This document shows positions 31,661 to 46,515 of a stretch of DNA of 64,000 bases, piece after piece (within the stretch, counting starts at the first letter, position 1; each line of letters opens with the position of its first letter). The stretch is from the human T2T-CHM13v2.0 reference genome, Homo sapiens, in NCBI RefSeq assembly GCF_009914755.1, contig NC_060940.1. The stretch is one strand, 5' to 3'. The position numbers were made by a program, and so were the translations under genes. The notes under the pieces were generated by a model. That model saw nothing but the letters and a program-made list of their open reading frames with translations. It was not told the origin of the DNA and made no database searches.

Positions 31661-33639
31661 TCGAGTCCATTCGATGATTCTATTCGAATCCATTTGATGA
31701 TTTCTTTTGATTATAGTTGTTGATGATTCCTTTGGAGTCCATTCAATGATTCCATTCGATTCCAATCGATGATGATTCCATTAGTGTCCATTTAATGATT
31801 CCATTTGCTTCCAGTCTCTGATGATTACATTCGAGTCCATACGATGATTCCACTCAATTCCATATGATGATGATTCCATTCGATTCCATTCGATGATTCC
31901 ATTCTATTCTATTCAATGGTGATTCCATTCGAGTACATTAGATGATTCCATTCGATTCCATTCAATGATGATTCTATTTGTGTCCCTTACATGGTTCCAC
32001 ATGATTCCATTAGATGATGATACTATTTGAGCCCATCCAATGATTCCCTTCGATTCCATTCGATGAGGATTCCATTCGATTCAATTCATTGGTGATTCTA
32101 TTCAATTCAATTCTTTGATTCCATTCCATTCCATTCTACAATGATTCCATTCGATTTCTTTCAATGATTCCACTCGATTCCACTTGACATTGATTCCATT
32201 CGATTCCATTCACTGATTCCGTTTGATTCCAGTGGATGATGATTGCCATCGATTCCATTCGATCACTCCATTCTATTCCATTTGATGATGATTACATTCG
32301 ATTCCATTTGATGATTCCATCTGATTCTATTCGAGGATTCCATTTGATTCCATTCGATGATGATTCCATTTGAGTCCATTCGATGATTTCATTCGAGTAC
32401 ATCCAATGATTCCATTCGAGTCCATTTGATGATTCCATTTGATTCCATTTGATTATGATTCTACTAGAGTCCATTCAATGACTCCATTCGAATCCATTCA
32501 ACAATTCCATTCGAGTCCATTCGAAGATTCCATTTCATGATTCCATTCGAGTCCATTTAATCATTACAGTCGAGTCCGTTTGGTGATTCCACTGGATTTC
32601 TTTTGATAATGATAACATTCCATTACATTTGATGATGATCCCATTCAATTTCATTTGATGATGATTCCATTAGAGTCCATTCAATGATTTCATTCGAGTC
32701 CCTTCATTGATTCCATACGATTTCATTGGATGATGACTCCATTCGAGTCCATTCGATGATTCCACTCGATTCCATTAGATGATTCCATTGGAGTCCATTT
32801 GATTGTTCCATTCGATTCCATTCGATTCCTTTCGAAGATTATTCCATTTGAGTCCATTCGATGATGATTCCATTCCATTCCATTCGATGATTCCGTTTGA
32901 TTCCATTCGATGATTCCCTTCGATTCCTTTCTTTGATGATTCCATTCCATTCCATTCAATGATTCCATTCGAATCTATTCCATGATGATTCCTTTCGATT
33001 CCATTCGCTGATGTTTCCGTTCAATTCCATTCGATGATGATTCCATTCGATTCCATTCATTGAGGATTCCATTTGATTCCATTAAATGATGATTCCGTTC
33101 TATTCCATTCAATGATTGCATTCAATTCCATTCAATGATTATCCCCTTAGAGTAAACTCAACGATTCCATTCAATACCATTCGATGATGATTCCTTTTGA
33201 GTCCATTCAATGATTTCATTCAAGTCCATTTGATGATTCCTTTCAATTCCATTCTATGATGATTCCATTCGAGTCCATTCGATGATTCCATTCGATTGCA
33301 TTCGACGATTCCATTATATTCCATTCAACGATGATTCCATTCGAGTCCATTCGATGATTCCATTAGAGTACATTTAATGATTGCTTTGTTTTCAATTCGA
33401 AGATGATTACATTGGTTTCCATTCTATGATACCATTCGATTCCATTCAATGATGATTCCACTCAAATCCATTGGATGATTCCATTCGTGTCCATTCGGTG
33501 ATTTCATTAGATTCCATTTGAGGATGATTCCTTTCGATTCCATTCGATGATTCCATTCAATTCCATTCGATGGTGATTCCATTCCAGTCCATATGATCAT
33601 TCCATTAGATTTCATTCGATGATGATTCCATTCGATTCC

Positions 33640-36600
33640 ATTCGATGATGATTGGATTCGATTCCATTTGATGATTTCATTTGATTCCATTCGTTAATGA
33701 TTTCGATCAATTCCATTCGATGATTCCATTCGATTCCATTCGATAATGATTACATCCGAGTCCATTCGATGATTCATTTGAGCCTGTTCGATAATTCCAT
33801 TTGAGTCCAATCAATGATTCCATTCATTTCCATTCAATGATTCCATTAGAGTCCATTTGATCATTCTGGTAGGGTCCATTCGATGTTGATTCAATTGGAG
33901 TGCATTCGATGATTCCATTCGAGTCCATTTTATGATTTGGTTCGAGTCCTTTCGATGATTCCATTCGATTCCACTCGATGATGATTTCATTCGAGTCCAT
34001 TCGACACTTCCAATCGATTCCATTTGATGTTTCCTTTCGAGTCCAATTGATGATTCCATTCAATTCCATTCGATGATGATTCCGTACGATTCCACTCTGT
34101 GATGATTCCATGTGATTCCATTCAATGATGATTCCTTTCGATTGCATTCGATTATGATTCATTTCGTGTTCATTCTATGGTTCCACAGGTTTCCATTCGT
34201 GTCCATTCCATTATTCCATTCTATTCCATTTGATGATGATTCCATTCGATTCCATTCATTGGTGATTCCACTCAATTCCATTCAATGATTCCATTCCATT
34301 TCTTTCAACAATGATTCCATTAGTTTCTAATCGATGATCCACTTGATTCCATTTGACGATGATTCCATTCTTGTCCATTCGATGATTCCATTTGATTCCA
34401 TATGATGATGATTCCATTCGATTCCATACGATGATGATTCCATTCGAGTCCATTCAATGGTGATTCCATTCAATTCCATTCGATGATTCCTTTCGATTCC
34501 ATTCGATGATGATGGCATTCGATTCCTTTCAATCATTCCCTTTGATTCCATTCAAAGGTGATTTCATTCAAGTCCATTCGATAATTGCATTCGATTCCAT
34601 TCTATGATGATTCCATTCTAGTCCATTTGATGATTCCATTCAATTCAAGTCAATGATGATTCCATTGGATTCCATTCGATGATTCCATTGGATTCCATTC
34701 GATGATGATTCCATTCAACTCCATTCGATAATTCAATTCAAGTCCATTCGATGATGATTCCAATCGAATCCATTCAAAGATTCCATTCAGTTCCATTCGA
34801 TGATTCCCTTAGATTCCATTCGATGATTCCACTTGATTGCATTTACGATGATTCCATTCGATTCCATGTGATGATTCCATTCAATTCTATTCAATGATGT
34901 CTCCATTTGATTCCATTCGACCATGATTGCCTTTGATTCCATTCAATGATTCCATTCGGTTCCTTTTGATGATGATTCCGTTCGATTCCATTTGATGATT
35001 CCATTTGATTCCATTGGATGAGTCCATTCGATTACATTCGATGATTATTCCATTCGAGTGCATTAGATGATTCCATTCGAGTCCATTCGATGATTCCATT
35101 CGATTCCATTCGATGTTGATTCTGTTCAAATCCATTCGATGATTCCACTCGATTCCATTCGATGACTCCATTTGATCCCATTCGATGATTTCCTGTGATT
35201 CCCTTTGATGATCATTCCATTTGATTCAATTCGGTGATTTCGTTTGATTCCATTCAGTGATGTTTCCATTCGACTCCATTCGATGATGATTCCATTCGAC
35301 TCCATTCGATTATGATTTCATTCAATTCCATTCGATAATGATTCCCTTCGAGTCCATTCGATGATTCCATTCGATTCCATTCAACGATGATTTGATTCGT
35401 GTCCATTCGATGATTCCATTTGATTCCACTTGATGATGATTCCATTCGAGTCCATTTGATGATTCCATTCAATTCCATTCTCCGATGATTTCTTTTGAGC
35501 CCATTCAATGCTTCCACTCGATCCCATATGATGATGACTCCATTCGATGGAATTCGATGATGATTCCATTCGCTTGCTTTCGATAATGATTCCACTTGAG
35601 TCCGTTAGAAGATTCTATTCAATTACATTCCATGACGATTCCGTTCGTGTCCATTTGATGATTCCATTAGACTCCATTCGACAATGATTCCATTCGATGT
35701 TATTCGATGATTCCATTCGATCTCATTCGTTGATGATTCCATTCAACTCCATTCGATGTTTCCATTCGAGTTCATTCTATTATTCCATTAGATTCCATTC
35801 GATGATGATTCCATTCGATTCCATTTGATGATTGCATTCTATTTCATTCGATGATGATTCCATTCGAGTCCATTCGATGATTCCATTCGAGTCCATTTAA
35901 TGATTCCATTGGGTTCAATTCAGTGATGATTACATTGGATTCCGTTCTATGATTCCATTCAATTCCGTTCATTGACAATTTGATTCCATTCGATGATGAT
36001 TCCATTTGAGTTCATTCGATGATTCTATTCGATTCTCTTCGATGGTGATTCAATTCTATTATATTGGATGATTCCATTCGATTCCATTTGATGTTGATTC
36101 AATTCGATTCTATTCGATGATGATTCCATTGGATTTCACTTGATGATTCTATTCGATTCCATTCAATGATGATTCACTTTTCGTCCATTGGATGATTCCA
36201 TTTCATTCCATTCGATGATGATTCCATTCGATTCCATTCGATGATTCCATTTGATTCCATGCGACGGTGAGCAATTCGATTCAATTCCATGATGATTCTA
36301 TTTGATTCAATTAGATGATGTTTCCATTCGAATCCATTCCATGATTATTCCATTGGAATCCATTTGGCAATGATTCCATATGAGTCAATTCAATGATGAT
36401 TCCATATGGGTCCGTTCGATGATAATTCCATTTGATTTCATTCGATGCTTTTATTCAATTCCAGTTGATGATGATTCCGTTGGAGTCCATACGATGATTC
36501 CATTTGATTTCATTTGATGATGATTCCATTCGATGATGATTACATTGGATTCCATTCTATGATTCCATTCAATTCCATTCGTTGATGATTCGATTCCATT

Positions 36601-38515
36601 CAATGATGATTCCATTTGAGTTCATTCGATGATTCTATTCGATTCCGTTCGATGGTGATTCAATTCTCTTATATTGGATGATTCCACTCGATTCCATTTG
36701 ATGATTATTCCATTGGAGTCCACTTAGTGAATCCTTTAGATTCTACTCGAAGATGATTCCATTCGATTCCATTCGATGATACCATTCAATTCCATTCGTT
36801 GATGCTTCCATTCAAGTGCATTCGATGATATCATTCGATTCCATTTGATGATAATTCCATTTGATTCCATGCGATGATTCTATTCGATTCCATTCAATGA
36901 TAATTCCATTCAATTCAGTGATTCCTCTGGACTCCATTTGATGATGATTCCATTTAATGATTCCATTCGATTCTATTCCAAAATGATTCCATTTGAATCC
37001 ATTTGATGATGATTCCATTAGATTCCATTTGATGATTCCATTCGATTCCATTCGATGATTCCATTCGATTCCATTTGATGATTCCATTCTATTCTATTCG
37101 ATGATGATTCCATTCGATTCCATTCGATGATGATTGGATTCGATTCCATTTGATGACTTCATTTGATTCCATTCGTTAATGATTTCGATCTATTCCATTC
37201 GATGATTCCATTCGATTCCATTCGATAATGATTACATCCGATTCCATTCGATGATTCCATTTGAGCCTGTTCGATAATTCCATTTGAGTCCAATCAATGA
37301 TTCCATTCATTTCCATTCAATGATTCCATTCGAGTCCATTTGATCATTCCGGTAGGGTCCATTCGATGTTGATTCCATTGGAGTGCATTCGATGATTCCA
37401 TTCGAGTCCATTTTAGGATTTGATTCAAGTCCTTTCAATGATTCCATTCGATTCCACTCGATGATGATTTCATTCGAGTCCATTCGACACTTCCAATCGA
37501 TTCCATTTGATGTTTCCATTCGAGTCCAATTGATGATTCCATTCAATTCCATTCGGTGATGATTCCGTACGGTTCCATTCTGTGATGATTCCATGTGATT
37601 GCATTCAATGATGATTCCTTTCGATTGCATTCGATTATGATTCATTTCGTGTTCATTCTATGGTTCCACAGGTTTCCATTCGTGTCCATTCCATTATTCC
37701 ATTCTATTCCATTTGATGATGATTCCATTCGATTCCATTCATTGGTGATTCCACTCAATTCCTTTCAACGATTCCATTCCATTTCTTTCAACAATGATTC
37801 CATTAGTTTCTAATCGATGATCCACTTGATTCCATTTGACGACGATTCAATTCTTGTCCATTCGATGTTTCCATTTCATTCCATATGATGATGATTCCAT
37901 TCGATTCCATACCATGATGATTCCATTCGAGTCCATTCAATGGTGATTCCATTCAATTCCATTCGATGATTCCTTTCGATTCCATTCGATGATGATGGCA
38001 TTCGATTCCTTTCAATCATTCCCTTTGATTGCATTCAAAGGTGATTTCATTCAAGTCCATTCGATAATTACATTCGATTCCATTCTATGATGATTCCATT
38101 CGAGTCCATTTGATGATTCCATTCAATTCAAGTCAATGATGATTCCATTCGATTCCATTCAATGATTCCATTGGATTCCATTCGATGATGATTCCATTCA
38201 AATCCATTCGATAATTCAATTCAAGTCCATTCGATGATGATTCCAATCGAATCCATTCAAAGATTCCATTCAGTTCCATTCGATGATATCCTTAGATTTC
38301 ATTCGATGATTCCACTTGTTTCCATTTACGATGATTCCATTCGATTCCATGTGATGATTCCATTCAATTTTATTCAATGATGTTTCCATTTGATTCCATT
38401 CGACCATGATTGCCTTTGATTCCATTCAATGATTCCATTCGGTTCCTTTTGATGATGATTCCGTTCGATTCCATTTGATGATTTCATTTGATTCCATTGG
38501 ATGAGTCCATTCGAG
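33640..38515 (+). repeat. Run of deletion-derived short units (periods 3,483 and 3,784 bp)
   Basis: 34162/37645 = 3,483 and 37645/41429 = 3,784, with junctions at ~33640, ~35880 and ~38510. Confidence 0.82.
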
Positions 38516-41500
38516 TCCATTTAATCATTACAGTCGAGTCCATTTTGTGATTCCACTGGATTTCTTTTGATAATGATACCATTCAATTACATTTGATAAT
38601 GATCCCATTCAATTTCATTTGATGATGATTCCCTTAGAGTCCATTCGATGATTTCATTCGAGTCCCCTCATTGATTCCATCCGATTTCATTGGATGATGA
38701 CTCCATTCGAGTCCATTCGATGATTCCACTCGATTCCATTAGATGATTCCATTGGAGTCCATTTGATTGTTCCATTCGATTCCATTCGATTCCTTTCGAA
38801 GATTATTCCATTTGAGTCTATTCGATGATGATTCCATTCCATTCCATTCGATGATTCCGTTTGATTCCATTCGATGATTCCCTTCGATTCCTTTCTTTGA
38901 TGATTCCATTCCATTCCATTCAATGATTCCATTCGAATCTATTCCATGATGATTCCTTTCGATTCCATTCGCTGATGTTTCCGTTCAATTCCATTCGATG
39001 ATGATTCCATTCGACTCCATTCATTGAGGATTCCATTTGATTCCATTCAATGATGATTCCATTCTATTCCATTCAATGATTGCATTCAATTCCATTCAAT
39101 GATTATCCCCTTAGAGTAAACTCAACGATTCCATTCAATACCATTCGATGATGATTCCTCTTGAGTCCATTCAATGATTTCATTCAAGTCCATTTGATGA
39201 TTCCTTTCAATTCCATTCTATGATGATTCCATTCGAGTCCATTGGATGATTCCATTTGATTGCATTCGATTATTCCATTATATTCCAGTCAACGATGATT
39301 CCATTCGAGTCCATTCGATGATTCCATTAGAGTACATTTAATGATTGCTTTGTTTTCAATTCGAAGATGATTACATTGGATTCCATTCTATGATACCATT
39401 CGATTCCATTCAATGATGATTCCACTCAAATCCATTGGATGATTCCATTCGTGTCCATTCGGTGATTTCATTAGATTCCATTCGAGGATGATTCCATTCG
39501 ATGATTCCATTCAATTCCATTCGATGATGATTCCATTCCAGTCCATATGATCATTCCATTTGATTTCATTCGATGATGATTCCATGCGATTCCATTCGAC
39601 GATTCCATTCTATTCCATTCGATGATGATTCCATTCGAGTCCATTCGATGATTCCATTCGAGTCCATTTAATGATTCCATTGGGTTCAATTCAATGATGA
39701 TTACATTGGATTCCGTTCTATGATTCCATTCAATTCCGTTCATTGACAATTTGATTCCATTCGATGATGATTCCATTTGAGTTCATTCGATGATTCTATT
39801 CGATTCTCTTCGATGGTGATTCAATTCTATTATATTGGATGATTCCATTCGATTCCATTTGATGTTGATTCAATTCGATTCTATTCGATGATGATTCCAT
39901 TGGATTTCACTTGATGATTCTATTCGATTCCATTCAATGATGATTCACTTCTAGTCCATTGGATGATTCCATTTCATTCCATTCGATGATGATTCCATTC
40001 GATTCCATTCGATGATTCCATTTGATTCCATGCGACGGTGAGCAATTCGATTCAATTCCATGATGATTCTATTTGATTCAATTAGATGATGTTTCCATTC
40101 GAATCCATTCCATGATTATTCCATTGGAATCCATTCGGCGATGATTCCATATGAGTCAATTCAATGATGATTCCATATGGGTCCGTTCGATGATAATTCC
40201 ATTTGATTTCATTCGATGCTTCTATTCAATTCCAGTTGATGATGATTCCGTTGGAGTCCATACGATGATTCCATTTGATTTCATTTGATGATGATTCCAT
40301 TCGTTTCCATTCGATGATGATTACATTGGATTCCATTCTATGATTCCATTCAATTCCATTAGTTGATGCTTCGATTCCCTTGAATGATGATTCCACTTGA
40401 ATTCATTCAATGATTCTATTCGATTCCGTTCGATGGTGATTCAATTCTCTTATATTGGATGATTCCACTCGATTCCATTTGATGATTATTCCATTGGAGT
40501 CCACTTAGTGAATCCTTTAGATTCTACTCGAAGATGATTCCATTCGAGTCCATTCGATGATACCATTCAATTCCATTCGTTGATGCTTCCATTCAAGTGC
40601 ATTCGATGATATCATTCGATTCCATTTGATGATAATTCCATTGGATTCCATGCGATGATTCTATTCGATTCCATTCAATGATAATTCCATTCACTTCAGT
40701 GATTCCTCTGGACTCCATTTGATGATGATTCCATTCAATGATTCCATTCGATTCTATTCGAAAATGATTCCATTTGAATCCATTTGATGATGATTCCATT
40801 AGATTCCATTTGATGATTCCATTCGATTCCATTCGACGATGATTCCATTCGATTCCATTTGATGATTCCATTCTATTCTATTCGATGATGATTCCATTCG
40901 ATTCCATTCGATGATGATTGGATTCGATTCCATTTGATGACTTCATTTGATTCCATTCGTTAATGATTTCGATCTATTCCATTCGATGATTCCATTCGAT
41001 TCCATTCGATAATGATTACATCCGAGTCCATTCGATGATTCCATTTGAGCCCGTTCGATAATTCCATTTGAGTCCAATCAATGATTCCATTCATTTCCAT
41101 TCAATGATTCCATTCGAGTCCATTTGATCATTCCGGTAGGGTCCATTCGATGTTGATTCCATTGGAGTGCATTCGATGATTCCATTCGAGTCCATTTTAG
41201 GATTTGATTCGAGTCCTTTCGATGATTCCATTCGACTCCACTCGATGATGATTTCATTCGAGTCCATTCGACACTTCCAATCGATTCCATTTGATGTTTC
41301 CTTTCGAGTCCAATTGATGATTCCATTCAATTCCATTCGATGATGATTCCGTACGGTTCCATTCTGTGATGATTCCATGTGATTGCATTCAATGATGATT
41401 CCTTTCGATTGCATTCGATTATGATTCATTTCGTGTTCATTCTATGGTTCCACAGGTTTCCATTCGTGTCCATTCCATTATTCCATTCTATTCCATTTGA

Positions 41501-44500
41501 TGATGATTCCATTCGATTCCATTCATTGGTGATTCCACTCAATTCCATTCAATGATTCCATTCCATTTCTTTCAACAATGATTCCATTAGTTTCTAATAG
41601 ATGATCCACTTGATTCCATTTGACGACGATTCCATTCTTGTCCATTCAATGATTCCATTTGATTCCAGTGTGTGATGATTGCCATCGATTCCATTCGATC
41701 ACTCCATTCTATTCCATTTGATGATGATTACATTCGATTCCATTTGATGATTCCATCTGATTCTATTCGAGGATTCCATTTGATTCCATTTGATGATGAT
41801 TCCATTCGAGTCCATTCGATGATTCCATTCGATTCCATTTGATGATTCCATTCGAGTCCATTTAATCATTACAGTCGAGTCCATTTGGTGATTCCACTGG
41901 ATTTCTTTTGATAATGATACCATTCAATTACATTTGATGATGATCCCATTCAATTTCATTTGATGATGATTCCATTAGAGCCCATTCGATGATTTCATTC
42001 GAGTCCCTTCATTGATTCCATCCGATTTCATTGGATGATGACTCCATTCGAGTCCATTCGATGATTCCACTCGATTCCATTAGATGATTACATTGGAGTC
42101 CATTTGATTGTTCCATTCGATTCCATTCGATTCCTTTCGAAGATTATTCCATTTGAGTCCATTCGATGATGATTCCATTCCATTCCATTCGATGATTCCG
42201 TTTGATTCCATTCGATGATTCCCTTCGATTCCTTTCTTTGATGATTCCATTCCATTCCATTCAATGATTCCATTCGAATCTATTCCATGATGATTCCTTT
42301 CGATTCCATTCGCTGATGTTTCCGTTCAATTCCATCCGATGATTATTCCATTCGATTCCATTCATTGAGGATTCCATTTGATTCCATTAAATGATGATTC
42401 CGTTCTATTCCATTCAATGATTGCATTCGATTCCATTCAATGATTATCCCCTTAGAGTAAACTCAACGATTCCATTCAATACCATTCGATGATGATTCCT
42501 TTTGAGTCCATTCAATGATTTCATTTAAGTCCATTTGATGATTCCTTTCAATTCCATTCTATGATGATTCCATTCGAGTCCATTCGATGATTCCATTCGA
42601 TTGCATTCGATGATTCCATTATATTCCATTCAACGGTGATTCCATTCGAGTCCATTCCATGATTCCATTAGAGTACATTTAATGATTGCTTTGTTTTCAA
42701 TTCGAAGATGATTACATTGGATTCCATTCTATGATACCATTCGATTCCATTCAATGATGATTCCACTCAAATCCATTGGATGATTCCATTCGTGTCCATT
42801 CGGTGATTTCATTAGATTCCATTCGAGGATGATTCCATTCGATGAGTCCATTCAATTCCATTCGATGATGATTCCATTCCAGTCCATATGATCATTCCAT
42901 TTGATTTCATTCGATGATGATTCCATTCGATTCCATTCGACGATTCCATTCTATTCCATTCGATGATGATTCCATTCGAGTCCATTCGATCATTCCATTC
43001 GAGTCCATTTAATGATTCCATTGGGTTCAATTCAATGATGATTACATTGGATTCCGTTCTATGATTCCATTCAATTCCGTTCATTGACAATTTGATTCCA
43101 TTCGATGATGATTCCATTTGAGTTCATTCGATGATTCTATTCGATTCTCTTCGATGGTGATTCAATTCTATTATAATGGATGATTCCATTCGATTCCATT
43201 TGATGTTGATTCAATTCGATTCTATTCGATGATGATTCCATTGGATTTCACTTGATGATTCTATTCGATTCCATTCAATGATGATTCACTTCTCATCCAT
43301 TGGATGATTCCATTTCATTCCATTCGATGATGATTCCATTCGATTCCATTCGATGATTCCATTTGATTCCATGCGACGGTGAGCAATTCGATTCAATTCC
43401 ATGATGATTCTATTTGATTCAATTAGATGATGTTTCCATTCGAATCCATTCCATGATTATTCCATTGGAATCCATTCGGCGATGATTCCATATGAGTCAA
43501 TTCAATGACGATTCCATATGGGTCCATTCGATGATAATTCCATTTGATTTCATTCGATGCTTCTATTCAATTCCAGTTGATGATGATTCCGTTGGAGTCC
43601 ATACGATGATTCCATTTGATTTCATTTGATGATGATTCCATTCGATTCCATTCGATGATGATTACATTGGATTCCATTCTATGATTCCATTCAATTCCAT
43701 TCGTTGATGATTCGATTCCCTTGAATGATGACTCCACTTGAGTTCATTCAATGATTCTATTCGATTCCGTTCGATGGTGATTCAATTCTCTTATATTGGA
43801 TGATTCCACTCGATTCCATTTGATGATTATTCCATTGGAGTCCACTTAGTGAATCCTTTAGATTCTACTCGAAGATGATTCCATTCGAGTCCATTCGATG
43901 ATACCATTCAATTCCATTCGTTGATGCTTCCATTCAAGTGCATTCGATGATATCATTCGATTCCATTTGATGATAATTCCATTTGATTCCATGCGATGAT
44001 TCTATTCGATTCCATTCAATGATAATTCCATTCAGTTCAGTGATTCCTCTGGACTCCATTTGATGATGATTCCATTCAATGATTCCATTCGATTCTATTC
44101 GAAAATGATTCCATTTGAATCCATTTGATGATGATTCCATTAGATTCCATTTGATGATTCCATTCGATTCCATTCGATGATGATTCCATTCGATTCCATT
44201 TGATGATTCCATTCTATTCTATTCGATGATGATTCCATTCGATTCCATTCGATGATGATTGGATTCGATTCCATTTGATGACTTCATTTGATTCCATTCG
44301 TTAATGATTTCGATCAATTCCATTCGATGATTCCATTCGATTCCATTCGATAATGATTACATCCGAGTCCATTCGATGATTCCATTTGAGCCCGTTCGAT
44401 AATTCCATTTGAGTCCAATCAATGATTCCATTCATTTCCATTCAATGATTCCATTCGAGTCCATTTGATCATTCCGGTAGGGTCCATTCGATGTTGATTC

Positions 44501-45005
44501 CATTGGAGTGCATTCGTTGATTCCATTCGAGTCCATTTTAGGATTTGATTCGAGACCTTTCGATGATTCCATTCGACTCCACTCGATGATGATTTCATTC
44601 GAGTCCATTCGACACTTCCAATCGATTCCATTTGATGTTTCTTTTCGAGTCCAATTGAGGATTCCATTCAATTCCATTCGATGATGATTCCGTACGGTTC
44701 CATTCTGTGATGATTCCATGTGATTGCATTCAATGATGATTCCTTTCGATTGCATTCGATTATGATTCATTTCGTGTTCATTCTATGGTTCCACAGGTTT
44801 CCATTCGTGTCCATTCCATTATTCCATTCTATTCCATTTGATGATGATTCCATTCGATTCCATTCATTGGTGATTCCACTCAATTCCATTCAATGATTCC
44901 ATTCCATTTCTTTCAACAATGATTCCATTAGTTTCTAATCGATGATCCACTTGATTCCATTTGACGACGATTCCATTCTTGTCCATTCGATGATTCCATT
45001 TGATT
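38510..45005 (+). repeat. 3,341-bp tandem duplication
   Basis: 38932/42273, 39776/43117, 40871/44212 and 41429/44770 all equal 3,341. The copies share a private 10-bp deletion (~39490/~42830) and a 10-bp insertion (~40300/~43640). Confidence 0.9.
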
Positions 45006-46384
45006 CCATATGATGATGATTCCATTCGATTCCATACGATGATGATTCCATTCGAGTCCATTCAATGGTGATTCCATTCAATTCCTTTCGATGATTCCTT
45101 TCGATTCCATTCGATGATGATGGCATTCCATTCCTTTCAATCATTCCCTTTGATTCCATTCAAAGGTGATTTCATTCAAGTCCATTCGATAATTGCATTC
45201 GATTCCATTCTATGATGATTCCATTCGAGTCCATTTGATGATTCCATTCAATTCAAGTCAATGATTATTCCATTCGATTCCATTCGATGATTCCATTGGA
45301 TTCCATTCGATCATAATTCCATTCAAATCCTTTCGATAATTCAATTCAAGTCCATTCGATGATGATTCCAATCGAATCCATTCAAAGATTCCATTCAGTT
45401 CCATTCGATGATTCCCTTAGATTCCATTCGATGATTCCACTTGATTCCATTTACGATGATTCCATTCGATTCCATGTGATGATTCCATTCAATTCTATTC
45501 AATGATGTGTCCATTTGATTCCATTCGACCATGATTGCCTTTGATTCCATTCAATGATTCCATTCGGTTCCTTTTGAGGATGATTCTGTTCGATTCCATT
45601 TGATGATTCCATTTGATTCCATTGGATGAGTCCATTCGATTACATTCGATGATAATTCCATTCGAGTCCATTCGATGATTCCATTCGATTCCATTCGATG
45701 TTGATTCTGTTCAAATCCATTCGATGATTCCACTCGATTCCATTCGATGACTCCATTTGATCCCATTCGATGATTTCCTTTGATTCCCTTTGATGATCAT
45801 TCCATTTGATTCAATTCGGTGATTTCATTTGATTCCATTCAGTGATGTTTCCATTCGACTCCATTCGATGATGATTCCATTCGACTCCATTCGATTATGA
45901 TTTCATTCAATTCCATTCGATAATGATTCCCTTCGAGTCCATTCGATGATTCCATTCGATTCCATTCAACGATGATTTGATTCGTGTCCATTCGATGATT
46001 CCATTTGATTCCACTTGATGATGATTCCATTCGAGTCCATTTGATGATTCCATTCAATTCCATACTCCGATGATTTCTTTTGAGCCCACTCAATGCTTCC
46101 ACTCGATTCCATATGATGATGACTCCATTCGATGAAATTCGATGATGATTCCATTCGCTTGCTTTCGATGATGATTCCACTTGAGTCCGTTAGAAGATTC
46201 TATTCAATTACATTCCATGACGATTCCGTTCGAGTCCATTTGATGATTCCATTAGACTCCATTCGACGATGATTCCATTCGATGTTATTCGATGATTCCA
46301 TTCGATCTCATTCGATGATGATTCCATTTAACTCCATTCGATGTTTCCATTCGAGTTCATTCTATTATTCCATTAGATTCCATT

Positions 46385-46515
46385 CGATGATGATTCCATT
46401 CGATTCCATTTGATGATTGCATTCTATTTCATTTGATGATGATTCCATTCGATAATGATTCCATTCGATTCCATTTGATGATTGCATTCTATTTCATTTG
46501 ATGATGACTCCATTC
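46385..46515 (+). repeat. 65-bp local tandem duplication
   Basis: tgatgattgcattctatttcatttgatgatga occurs at 46411 and 46476 but once in the canonical unit (~52562). Confidence 0.85.

Noticed and set aside
25084-37813. Two plus-strand ORFs (25084-25281, 37595-37813)
   Set aside because: Chance loss of TGA stops in single satellite copies; not conserved in sibling copies.
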